Source of the DNA: Octopus bimaculoides
Taxonomy: Eukaryota
Direction: 5' to 3'
Assembly (NCBI RefSeq): GCF_001194135.2
Contig: NC_068999.1
Coordinates: 36,162,805-36,226,804 of the forward strand
DNA: 64,000 nt
Position numbers and translations under genes: made by a program. This document shows, in pieces, positions 37,990 through 50,825 of this stretch. The notes beneath the pieces were generated by a model. It was not told the DNA's origin and did no database searches. It saw only the letters and a program-made list of their open reading frames with translations. Position 1 is the first letter of the stretch. The number at the start of each line of letters is the position of its first letter.

Positions 37990-40900
37990 AGAAAGTTGAA
38001 ACTTTCAGATGTCAAAAAATAATAGTGTTGATGACGATTGTGATGAACGTTACCTTACATCAGTTTATGAGAGACATGAATTTCCGCAGAAACTCTGGAT
38101 GTAACAGCGAAAATGAAGCTGGACCGTTAAGAGAACACCTCTTCTTCGGCAGTGCAAGACTGACCACAGCTGTTATCATAATACAATATCAGCAGGTAAT
38201 AGAGCAAGGAGGAGCGAGTGGATCAGCGAAGATAACATGATAGTGAAGCAGTTCTACTTAGAAAGTGAACCTAAAAGAAGTGGCGTAAAAAACGGATGTT
38301 GACACTTTGGGTAGAGAAGCGTGTATTTAAAGTGACTGAGCAGAGATTAGTTGATCAAGCTAATGCTATTACGTGAAGAAAATGGATGACAGAATTGGAG
38401 GTAGAAGACATCACATGAGAACTGGAAAAGAAAGATCAAGCAGCAGGAAAGCCAAACAACATAAGAGATACAGATCAAACGAAAGAAGAATCTAAAGGAA
38501 CAAATAATAATAGCGCTACCAAAAAGGAAGGTACAACCAGCACCAGTGACTTAAGTGATGTAAGTGAGGAAGATCAGAAGATTTTAAATGAGTTCCAGGA
38601 AGTAATGAGTAAAGAAGTTAGAAAGAGATTGCCAGCATTAAAAGGTACCAAAAGAAGGAAGCTGCTAGAAATTACTAGGAATGTAGATTCTTTTATCAGT
38701 AGGATAGATACTAAAAATATGAGACACTAATTTATTGATCTATGGAGGAGGGTTAGTAGTCGCCAGAAGATTAGATACCTCACAGGGAAATATTAAAAAA
38801 TGAGCAAATATGAAAGGTGACTACAAAATAAAGTGAAGACTTTAAGACAAGATCTCAGTAAAATAGAAGACTGGAAAACAAACAAGTTAGGAAACGATGC
38901 AAATCTTCCCTCGAGCAAAGATACTAAGTCAAAGAGAAACGATTTTGGACAGTAATAGAAGAGTTGAAACAGCGTATCATAGTAGTATCAAGCAAGCTCT
39001 CCAAATATCAGAAAAGAATAGATCATTATCAACAGAATAGATTATTTGAGATAGATCAGAGGAGATTTTATAACCAAATATATAGTGGAGAACGAAGTAC
39101 TGAAGATGAGAAACCTAATGCAGAAGATGCTAGAAGGTTCTCGAGTAATATTTGGGTTAAGCCAGTCAATCATAATGGAGATGCAATATGGGTAAAGAAA
39201 GTTGGGGAATCTAAGATTAACTAGTGCATTAATGAGTAAAGTGTTAGGTAAAATGCCGAATTTGAAGGATCTAGGACCAAATTTAGCTCACTGTACTTTC
39301 TTTAGAGTGCTGGCTAACGAAATTTAGTAGTTTACATGGGAGGCTGAAGGAACAACTTCACGATTTCCTTAATGGAGAATTAATACCAGATTGGATGATT
39401 GAGAGAAGACAATGCTCATCACGAAAGATAAGAGCAACGGTAATACAGCTGGTAACTATAAACCAATCACTTGCTTACCATTAGTGTGGAATCTGTTAAC
39501 AGGAATGCCTTCAGAAAGCATTTATGAGCATCTCGACAACCAGAATTTTCTGCCAGATGAACAGAAAGGTAGCTGGAAGAAGACTAGATGAGCACATGAT
39601 CTATTATACATAGACCATGCAATTCTACAGGAAGTAAAAGCTAGAAAGAAAAATCTAACAATAGCATGGATAGATTATAAGAAAACCTATGACACGATCC
39701 CACACTCGTGGACAAGTGAATGATTGAGTATATTCAGTATAGTAGACAACATAAGAGAATTAATTAGCTTTAGCATGAAAAAATGGAATGTAGATCTATA
39801 CTCAGGTGACTCACTCTTAGGGAAAGTTAATGTCAAAAGAGGAATTTTCGAAGGAGACTCGTTGTCCCCTTTAACATTTGTCTTATGTTTGATACCCCTC
39901 AGTTTAGTATTAAGGAAAGCATAGATAGGGTATCAATTTAGAAATAGTAAGGGAAAAATTAACCATTTGCTCTACATGGATGATCTGAAGCTTTTTAGTT
40001 AGAATGAAAAAGAGATAAATTCCTTAATACAGACTGTAATACTCTTCAGCAAAGATACAGGCATGGAATTTGGCATAAATGAGAGTGCAATATTAGTCAT
40101 ATGAAGGGGATAGGTAGTTAACAGCGATGGCATCCAATTACCAGATGGCCAGGCATTAAAATCATTGAAAGGAGGAGAAAGTTATGAGTATCTAGGAGTT
40201 TTAGAATATGACAGGGTACTAACTATAGAAATGAAAACGAAAATTGAGAAGGAGTACATCAGAAGGGTGAGGAAACTAATGAAGTCAAAGCTAAATGGTC
40301 CGAATCTAGGGAAGACTGTAAATCCTTGGGCAGTATCATTACTTAAATACTCAGCAGCTTTTGTAGATTAGACAAAATCTGAATTAGCAAAGCTAGACAG
40401 AAGAACTAGGAAGGAATTGAATATAAATGGAGGACTCTACCCAAAGGCAGGAGTAGCAACATTATACATACCAGGATAGGCAGTCAGAAGTGGGTTAATA
40501 TCAGTAGAAGACTGTGTGGAGGTAGCTAGAGTAGATACTCTTATGTAGGTAATAGTGAAGAAAGTTTATTAAAAGCTACTAGAGTCACAGCAAGACATAG
40601 GGAAACCAAAAACCCAAACGAAGTTATAAACCAGAAAAAAGAATAGAAACGTTCTGACTGGCACGAGAAGGAGTTACACGGTAGATTCGCAAAGACAGTT
40701 GCAGCAAATAGTAGTTGTGAGACATGGTTATGGTTGCAGATGAGAAAGCTGAAGAGGGAGACAGAAGTGTGTTAGTAACTGTACAAGATCAAGCATTATG
40801 GACTAATTGGATAAAATCCAAGATAGACAAAACCCAAGTAGATTCAAGGCGTAGAGTATGCAAATCAAAAGACGAAAGCGTTACTGACATAGTAAGTGTA

Positions 40901-41116
40901 TGTAGCATGATGGCACAGAAACAATACAAGAAAAGACATGACAATCTAGGGAGAGTAATCCACTGGGAGCTACGTAGAAATCTCGGATTTGAACATACTG
41001 ATAAATGGTATAAACATAAACCTAGTAAAGTACGAGAAAGTAAGAAAGATAAGATGCTGTGGAACTTCAACATTCAGACTGAGAGAGTAATAGAATCTAG
41101 AAGGCTTGATAGTGGA

Positions 41117-41165
<49 letters not shown>

Positions 41166-41166
41166 A

Positions 41167-41226
<60 letters not shown>

Positions 41227-41606
41227 ATAGTTGCAGATATTTAACTTTACAGTCCCAAATGATGAAAAGATTTGATATGAGACGTATAGAAAAAATAGCA
41301 AAGTACCAGGACCTATCTATTAAGTTACAGAGATTATGGAAAGTGCGCGTAAAATGTATCTCCGTAGTTATAAGTGCACAGGGAACTACCCCTAAAGTTC
41401 TGAACAGAGGAAAGAGGCATAAAACCCAGTTTAGTACAGCTCCAGAAAACTGTGTTATTAGGGACAGGTATGATAATTAGGAGGGTTCTTGGCATGTAAA
41501 GTTACTTGTTAGCCCGATAGGTGGGTTCTTGGCATCTAAGGTTACTTGTAGCCCGGTGTTAAGATTGTTTCATTACCAAAAGTCTAATCGGTTGAGTGCT
41601 TATGAA
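37990..41606 (+). mobile_element. Near full-length degenerate R4/Dong-type non-LTR retrotransposon (RT + CCHC + restriction-like endonuclease)
   Basis: N-terminal KRMLTLW...VTEQRLVDQANAI..KWMTELEVEDI; RT motifs NYKPITCLP (39454), YKKTYDTIPHSW, GDSLSP (39853), HLLYMDDLKLF (YMDD at 39973); zinc knuckle RVCKSKDESVTDIVSVC (40850); RHD (40934); RLE region ...FTVPNDEK...EKIAKYQDL; (TAA)n on both flanks. Confidence 0.92.
38009..41499 (+). pseudogene. Disabled single ORF of the R4/Dong element
   Basis: Many stops and frameshifts; putative ATG at 38009 and terminal IRRVLGM* (TAA 41497-41499). Confidence 0.85.
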
Positions 41607-41619
41607 AATAATTATAATA

Positions 41620-41655
<36 letters not shown>

Positions 41656-42363
41656 GTAATAATAATAATAATAATAATAATCACAAATTCAATGACATCA
41701 CCATCAGTATCATGACATCTTCATCATGATAACTTCATCGTTCTTTATACATATCAATATGATCATAAAAATCATCTTCATCAACATTAGCAATAACAAG
41801 AACAACAACGTGAATAACAAAGCAATATTAACAACAAAAACATAGAAAAAGGAACTATTCCCCCAGTGATATTGGCTTTCTTTACCGGAAACTATGATGT
41901 GACAGAATCACGTGACAGATCCACTGGTGAAGCAATAAGAAAAATGTAAATCATAAAAAGTTATAAATCGAATCCATGAAAAATAACTTCGATTTAATTT
42001 CATTTATTTTTTTTAATGTTTTGTTTGTTTGTTTGTTTTTTTTTGTGTGCGTGTTTTTCGGAGCGATGGGGAGGGGAGCCGGTTACAATAAATACTGTCA
42101 TGGAGTTTGTTGCAACATTCCTATTCCATCAACAATAGGAAACAGAATGAGATTTCATTGCATGTTTGATTAAAACAAAAAGAATCAAACATAGAAGCAA
42201 AAGTTTTAATACTGAAAAAACAAAACCAACAAAAAACAAACCAGAAGAAAAGGAAGATATGCTTGGGAAGAAGCGAAAGGAAAACATGCCAGCCTGCCAA
42301 ATGTTTACATTCTTGTAATTTTACAGAACAACAAAAAAATTCAAGATGAAAAAATAGATGAGA

Positions 42364-42364
<1 letters not shown>

Positions 42365-42423
<59 letters not shown>

Positions 42424-42564
42424 AAGAAGAAGAAGAAGAAGAAGAAGATGAAGAAGAAGAAGAAGAAGAAGAAGAAGAAGAAGAAGAAGAAGAAGAAGAA
42501 GAAGAAGAAGAAGAAGAAGAAGATGGTGTTAGTGATGATGATGAGGGAAGAAGAAGAAGAAGAA

Positions 42565-42595
<31 letters not shown>

Positions 42596-42600
42596 AAGAA
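42365..42600. repeat. Compound (AAT)n(AAG)n-(GAT)n-(AAG)n microsatellite
   Basis: Direct reading. Confidence 0.95.
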
Positions 42601-42612
42601 GAGAATGATTCA

Positions 42613-42720
42613 TAAGGCAGGTATTACTGTGTGATTAAAAATCTTGCAACCACATGGTTTCTGGTTTAGTCACATGACATGGCACTTTACTGAAGGGTTT
42701 TCTACCATAACCCCGCACCG
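42613..42720 (+). mobile_element. SINE type E head, diverged
   Basis: AGGCAGG...CTGTGTGATTAA...GCAACCACATGGTTTCTGGTTTAGTC. Confidence 0.55.
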
Positions 42721-43000
42721 ACTCTTTCTCGGAGGGGACCTTTCTAGGGGCAATCTTATGTTATTTCATGACGAAGGGAGTCTTTGCGTTTACACACACA
42801 CACACACACACACATACATGTCCGGCATTCGCCTCGATAGATGGCTAGCCACTAAACCTTTTTTCTATTTCTCGCCCGGTTTATTTCTGTGTTCCTTTCT
42901 GTCGAAGACTTTCTCACCTTCCGGCCATTCAACTAATATATCTGTTTATTGTTTACTCACCCGTCTTCGTCTTTTTTTTTTTGTAAATCCTTACTATATG

Positions 43001-43036
<36 letters not shown>

Positions 43037-43585
43037 NNNNNNNNNNNNNNNNNNNNNNNNNNNNNNNNNNNNNNNNNNNNNNNNNNNNNNNNNNNNNNNN
43101 NNNNNNNNNNNNNNNNNNNNNNNNNNNNNNNNNNNNNNNNNNNNNNNNNNNNNNNNNNNNNNNNNNNNNNNNNNNNNNNNNNNNNNNNNNNNNNNNNNNN
43201 NNNNNNNNNNNNNNNNNNNNNNNNNNNNNNNNNNNNNNNNNNNNNNNNNNNNNNNNNNNNNNNNNNNNNNNNNNNNNNNNNNNNNNNNNNNNNNNNNNNN
43301 NNNNNNNNNNNNNNNNNNNNNNNNNNNNNNNNNNNNNNNNNNNNNNNNNNNNNNNNNNNNNNNNNNNNNNNNNNNNNNNNNNNNNNNNNNNNNNNNNNNN
43401 NNNNNNNNNNNNNNNNNNNNNNNNNNNNNNNNNNNNNNNNNNNNNNNNNNNNNNNNNNNNNNNNNNNNNNNNNNNNNNNNNNNNNNNNNNNNNNNNNNNN
43501 NNNNNNNNNNNNNNNNNNNNNNNNNNNNNNNNNNNNNNNNNNNNNNNNNNNNNNNNNNNNNNNNNNNNNNNNNNNNNNNNNNNNN

Positions 43586-43668
<83 letters not shown>

Positions 43669-44005
43669 ACAACAATAATGATAATAATGGTAACCTCAAC
43701 AAAACAACCCACAAACACAAGATACACTTTATATAGCAATTATCCTGTGAAATAAACATCCACCACTAAGACAAAGTTACCAACGCATTACACTCTCAAC
43801 AAATACAAGCAGTAATGCAACAAAAGACTGCACCACACCTCAAGAAAAAAAAACACTCACGCAAAACAGTACCGGGAAGAGTTTGCGCACTCCAAACAAT
43901 AGAAGAAAGAACACACAATGCTGTTCACACCGCAGCAACACTGAAGTGTAGCAGATAATGCAGCAGAAATTTGTCTCAAACTACCAAACGTTGAATAATA
44001 ATAAC

Positions 44006-44060
<55 letters not shown>

Positions 44061-44556
44061 GCAACAATTTTTGGATGAAATTTATAAAACATTTAATGCC
44101 TCTGCAAATCTCATGTCTCCTAAGATCACACTCTGTAGTCAATCCCGATGCAACCCCGAAAACCTGGTTCACCAGTCAGCATCATAGAAGGAGCTTTATT
44201 TGCACATTCAAAACGTTTCCGATAAACAAATTTAAAAGATATATGTGTGTGTATGTGGTTATATGTATGTATGAATATATGTATGCATGTATGTATGTAT
44301 GTATGTACGTATATATGTATGCTTGTATGTATGTATGTATGTATGTATGAATTCAAATATGAATGACAAGCCGCGCTATTATTGTAAACATTATTGACCA
44401 TCAACTACAAACCAAACGAACACCGCGAAATTTCTAACGTAGATCCAGTAAAACTTATACTGTAACTGTGGATGACATTAGGTAACCCAAAAGTTGAATG
44501 CGCTTTAATCGGTATATTAATAGACATATTCCTAAAGTCCAAAATTAGCATCTCTC

Positions 44557-45152
44557 CCTCGACTGCGCCTCACACATAATAATCAAGGGTGTTGAAGTCT
44601 GGGGAGTTAGGTGGCCAGATGTTAGGTGTCATGTGTCCCACATAAATTGTCTGACAGCCATGACTGTGTTCTCCTGCTTGTGTGGCATTGTGTAGAGTCT
44701 TTACCAGACATAGGTTCTTCCAGTAGCCACCCTCTTCCCCCAGAGCAGCACTAACTCTTTCGGGCACTTAATGTAGGTCTACCGTATGGAAAGATGAATA
44801 GAGGCATAACGTCGCCATCACTAGTGAGCACTCCAAACACCATGATGTTCACTGAATGTTTGATTTTTATCACTCTCGGTACATGTTTTGGTGACACAGA
44901 AAGCCCATGGTTGCTCTCTGTGTTCCCCATCTGATACTGGCAGAAATGTTTTCGCCTGAGAAAAACCAAAGTATTTTCGGTTGGAGGGGATGCTTGAATT
45001 TCTTCAAAAGCTTCGTAGCGCAGTTTTTCCTCTTGTCCTTGTTGGCTTGAGATAAAAAGTGGCCTTTTCTGATCTTGTATGAGGAATACCGAATGTTTTC
45101 ATGCACTACCTGCTTGATGAGGAACTCAGACACTCAAATGTCCCTGGCTATG
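44557..45152 (-). mobile_element. Tc1/mariner DD37D (maT-type) transposase fragment, no TIRs seen
   Basis: Minus strand: IARD..VSEFLIKQVVHENIRY, WFFS(G)EN (first D mutated), KHSVNIMVFGVLTSDGDVMP, DS.QCHTSRRTQSW, WPPNSPDFNTLDYY; 112 nt (37 codons + 1-nt frameshift) between the second D (44697-44699) and third D (44582-44584). Confidence 0.88.
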
Positions 45153-45159
45153 TACCAAT

Positions 45160-45470
45160 GGAACACTGGGGTCGATGTAATCGACGATTCCCCTTCTCCA
45201 ACATTTCAGGCCTTGTGCTTTTAGTAGAAAGGATTATTTTGAGACATAACAGCCTGGTGTGTTTGCAGAATTGCTAGCACACCGGGAAGATGCTTAGCGG
45301 CATTTCGTCCGTCATTACGTTATGAGTTAAATTCCACTGCGATTGACTTTACATGTCATCCTTTCTGATTCGGTAAAACGAGTAGCAGTTGAACAACCGA
45401 GTCGATCTAATCGACTTACCCCTCCCACGAAACTGCTTGCCATACGACAAAATGTTAAACCATTATTTTT
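45160..45470 (+). mobile_element. Two adjacent type D SINE pieces (tail 2) truncating the maT fragment
   Basis: CACTGGGGTCGATGTAATCGAC...TTTCAGGCCTTGTGC..TAGTAGAAAGGATTATT, then a second D head at about 45280. Confidence 0.75.
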
Positions 45471-46315
45471 AGTTATATTCGTTCTGTAACGTTCTTTTTT
45501 CTTGTTTTTTTTTTTCCAAACCTAAAGATGTTTGCTTTTATGCGAGATCGGAACAGTCGCATTCCAATGGCTGAAACAAGAAGGAAACAAAAATGATATC
45601 TGCACTACCCTTTAAGAATCTCATGGCAACAGCGATGGCCACAGTCGACCGATTGAAGCCATCAAAAAAGTAAAAGGGAAAATGATAAAAATGAATGAGG
45701 TTCTCTCGGTTTTTGCTAATTCAAGTGACTTTAAATTGCCATGCATATTGATTCTCAGACAAAAATTAATCATTCTGCCGCTGAAAGGGTTAACGACTAA
45801 AGTACATGAGAAATCGAAATACGAAACTATGGAGAAAAAAAAAGCCAACAGCAATCAACGTGAGTTGACGATAAAGTTAAAAACAACGAGGACATATAAT
45901 ACAAACAACACAATATAACAATAAACGAACAGATAAATGAGTTACCAGCAACGAAAAGTGATTTATTTGCCAAGACCTGCGCTCTAATTATCTTTTGATA
46001 TTTTTTATTTAACTTTTGCGCGTTGTCCACAATCGATTATAATTATACATGTACACTGACGCACACTGACACACTCACACACATTCATACACTCACTCAC
46101 ATAGAAACAAATGTGTGTGAGTGTGGGGTGCGTGTATATATGTGCCAAATTATATATATATATATATATATACTAAAAGAAATGTATTTTCACATCTATC
46201 TTATACATATGTACATGTGTGCATATATACGTTCAAACATACAAACATATATATATATGCGCACATACCATTCACACATATATACATCGATATGAAATAA
46301 ATATATATACATGTA

Positions 46316-46362
<47 letters not shown>

Positions 46363-46655
46363 ACAGGTATCTGATTGCGTGTGTGTGTGCGTATGAATAT
46401 ATTTGCCAGAGTGGTTGCTTGCCTGTGTATGAAAGAGTGTATGTGAAAGTATGTAGTTTTGCTGCATCTCGACTATATAAATCTAAATTTTTAATTCGTT
46501 TTACACATGACTTACTCAATGAATACGTCCATTTATACGGAAATACTCAAAGAACATGCCTCTTCCCTGTCGTCATTTATTCTTCTTTTTCATCTTCTTC
46601 TTCTTCTTCTTCTTCTTCTTCTTCTTCTTCTTCTTCTTCTTCTTCTTCTTCTTCT

Positions 46656-46687
<32 letters not shown>

Positions 46688-47488
46688 CACTAAGTGAGGG
46701 AGGAATAACCTTATGTGAGCACAGTAGTGCATGAATGCTTCATTTTATGTCTCCTCGTGATTTTTTTCATTATGCATGTATAGAAACCTCATTTGCTCTC
46801 TCTGCCCCCTCTCTCTCTCTATTTCTCTGAATACATACACACACACACACATATATATATACACACATATATATACATATATATACATATNNNNNNNNNN
46901 NNNNNNNNNNNNNNNNNNNNNNNNNNNNNNNNNNNNNNNNNNNNNNNNNNNNNNNNNNNNNNNNNNNNNNNNNNNNNNNNNNNNNNNNNNNNNNNNNNNN
47001 NNNNNNNNNNNNNNNNNNNNNNNNNNNNNNNNNNNNNNNNNNNNNNNNNNNNNNNNNNNNNNNNNNNNNNNNNNNNNNNNNNNNNNNNNNNNNNNNNNNN
47101 NNNNNNNNNNNNNNNNNNNNNNNNNNNNNNNNNNNNNNNNNNNNNNNNNNNNNNNNNNNNNNNNNNNNNNNNNNNNNNNNNNNNNNNNNNNNNNNNNNNN
47201 NNNNNNNNNNNNNNNNNNNNNNNNNNNNNNNNNNNNNNNNNNNNNNNNNNNNNNNNNNNNNNNNNNNNNNNNNNNNNNNNNNNNNNNNNNNNNNNNNNNN
47301 NNNNNNNNNNNNNNNNNNNNNNNNNNNNNNNNNNNNNNNNNNNNNNNNNNNNNNNNNNNNNNNNNNNNNNNNNNNNNNNNNNNNNNNNNNNNNNNNNNNN
47401 NNNNNNNNNNNNNNNNNNNNNNNNNNNNNNNNNNNNNNNNNNNNNNNNNNNNNNNNNNNNNNNNNNNNNNNNNNNNNNNNNNNNNNNN

Positions 47489-47524
<36 letters not shown>

Positions 47525-48594
47525 TTGTTTTTCTGTATGTGCGTCTGCGTCGCGCGCGTGTGTGTGTATATGCATACAGATTAATATGTATGTATCTGTT
47601 ATGTTCGTATGTGCATATACATGTATGTGCATAGAGAGATACACACGTGTCTAGTATGTATATGTTTTCTAATCATTTTCTGAGTTAATTATCCACAAAG
47701 ATGTGTGTTCAGACATACGATAGACGTAGCCAATTATATTGGTGTATGCTGTTTGTTGTCATTAATTGGACTTTTTACACTGTCGTCGTAACATAAAAGC
47801 AACATTAATTACAGAAAACGCGTCCCTGTTTTATTTTTCGAAATTAATGGCAAGATCTAGTCATTAAGGGGACATGGAGATTAACTGCGAAGTTTAATTA
47901 TGTCTATGTAATTGCAGGTTAGAAGGCGACACTTTTGTGTGAAATTGCAATTGGTAGATTCCACAATGAGACTGCTATCTTGCGGCTTCGTACCAAACAT
48001 TTCGGTCTGTTTCAGTTTAAACATATAGAAGGAAAGTTAACGAGAGAGCCTCTGCACTACCGCGTAACCTGCGGAAAATATAAACCAAAATACTTCAAAT
48101 CCTATTGTTCAGCTATTTAAGGGGACACCAATATTGGACAGTATTGTCCTACATATATTGGCCCACATTTACGAAAATTTCAGATACTTAGAACTGATTT
48201 GAAGCAAACAGCAATGTATTCAAACGTCTCGTGAATATAACAGATTTTTTGAGTTTTGATTACCAAACATATCTAAATGCCACATAAAGCAGATATAGTT
48301 ATGTTTTATTATAATTTTTAAATTCTCATTTTATTAATGCAAAATATTGTCTATTTGAAAGTAATCTCTCACGTTGTACAGAAATTTGTTTTCCGAATTT
48401 CGAGTCAACTATAAAGAATCTGTCTGACTGCTCGACTTGCTAAATCTAACAGTTAAATTTTTATCGAATCACTGCTATTGTCCTAAAAGTGAAGGAGCAA
48501 CGTATTTCAAGCAGTGTTGGGGCACTCTGATGCCTACAAATTATATCTAGGTGAATTAAAGTATATCGAGGATTTTAAAAATATATACTTTTCT

Positions 48595-48826
48595 TATTTT
48601 TCGACGTCCGTCAGTCATTGGATTGCAGCCATGCTGGAGTACCACTTTCAAGAGATTAATCGTTCAAATCACCCCCAGTATTTATATTTCTAAAAGTAAG
48701 GCACCTATTGCTTTGGTGAACCACTAAGTTACGGTGATGTAAACACTGATTATCAAGCGGTTGTACGTGAAATCACAACGAATTGTGTACCTGCGCACAC
48801 AATTCGTTGTGATTTCACTTATACAC

Positions 48827-48888
<62 letters not shown>

Positions 48889-49075
48889 GCAAACAGAGAC
48901 ACATACACACCACACAAACACCATACACACACACACATATATATCCGACGGGCTTCCACACAGTCTCCGTCTACCAAATTCACCCACAAGGCATTAGTTG
49001 GTTCGTGGCTACACACGAAGATGCTTGCCAAAGTTGCCGCACAGTGGGATTGAAACCGAAACCACTTTCGAACAC
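48595..49075 (-). mobile_element. SINE type E, full length, with internal (CA)n
   Basis: Collinear with other E copies; microsatellite at about 48826-48940. Confidence 0.87.
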
Positions 49076-50607
49076 CCATACTAACCCTTGAACATTTTGT
49101 ACATTTTGTTCTTCCTTATTTTGCTGTGCATGTAAGAAGAAGAAGAAGAATACTGAATCTATGAGATTTATGATAAACAAAAGTTCTATTCTTCCCGTAA
49201 ACAAAAAGGAAATACTATCGTTACTACGAACGACAACACCGAGAGTGTTTTGGATGATGTTGTTCTTGGTGTAGCTGTAGCAGCAGTTAACGTGTGGTTA
49301 ACTGTCTGCCGTCCTACTGACTTTTAATGTCATTCGTCCTCCGACCGTTCACTGCCTTTGTGTTGGTAGCTGCTTTCGCCATCTCTGTTGGCCATCGAGT
49401 ATAGTGTCTGTCAATGCTCTCTCCACGTTCTCTATCGAGAAGTCAAGGTGTACCGAATTTAAAATTGTGGTTAGGTTCAGAAAGAAGCGCACCAAAAGTT
49501 GAAATCGTCGCTGGAGACTATTCCACGTGAAGTTGTGATTGGTTAGTTTGTTTTTTTTTATATATAACGTGGGTAGAATTATAGCGAATCGCGACATCAG
49601 GTCGTGGCTGCTAAAGATTCCCACTACGTGCACAAATATGTGTATAACAAAAAAGCAATAGATTTTGTATATTGTTTTCTAATCGTTTAAATTTTAGAAG
49701 TTTTTTTTTTTTATTATCGATATTTGCCAATAATTTTATCATTTGATCTTCTGTGTGTCACTGTGTCAAGAAGACTGACGATCTTTTCGTCTAGAACGAC
49801 TGTACTTCAGAAAAGTCAAATGAGGTGGACATGGCGGTTGAAACATCTTTGAGCATAGGTCTAATCAATCTGGCTGACCCTAAGCTAAACAGCAATTACA
49901 ATTCATCGTTGTTTTGTTTCTTTTAACTTAGCTATTCATGTATTTTGATGTATTTTAGTCAGAATTTTGGCTACCGTATGGAAAAAGATACATTACGCAT
50001 GAGAAACCTTAAAGTAGATCAAATATATATCATAAAATAATGCAAACGCTTATGGAATGAATACGCTAATTGGAGTTTAAATATGTTATTCTTGAAGTGA
50101 GATATGTATTCTATAAGACTTTATATTGTTTTATTATCAGCATGTATGTGCGTGTATATTATATATAAATGTGTTCAATCTTGCGCGCGCGAGTGAGTAT
50201 ACGTGGTGTGTTTGCAATGAATTGTATATATCAAAATGATATGCTACAGCCATGAAGTTGTAGTAGTATGTGAGTTGTAGCAACTTGCACTCCACATATT
50301 TGATTTGGAATATACTTAATTGACCACCAACATGGACACGGCTGATCGTTATCTCTTCAATCTGTAGCAGCCGTTTTGTTCGTGTGACAATGGCCAAAGA
50401 AACTATCGAAAGTTTTCTTGGAAAACAGTTTCTCACATATAAACTGTTTCCTTTCGAAGAGAAAGTGTTCGCCGATATTTTGTTTGCTACATAGATTCGA
50501 ACCTTTTATGTTCGGCATTAAACATTTCCGTACTAGAATCGCTTCTGTAAAGAAAGATTATAAAAGCAATGGTGTGAAACAGACAATGACCTGTTCTAGA
50601 TGTAGAA

Positions 50608-50825
50608 TAATCTTTTCTACTATAGACATAAGGCCTGAAATTTAGGGGAGGGGGACTAGTCGATTACATCGACCTCAGTGTTACACTGGTACTTAATTTA
50701 TCAACCCCGAAAGGATAAAAGGCAAAGTCGACCTTCGCGGAATTTGAACTCAGAACGTAGTTGCAGACTCAATACCGCTAAGCATTTCTCTCGACGTGCT
50801 AACGATTCTGCCAGCTCGGTGCCTT
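50608..50825 (-). mobile_element. SINE type D with tail 2, full length
   Basis: D head and body; 8-bp TSD ATGTAGAA at 50600-50607 and 50826-50833. Confidence 0.9.
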
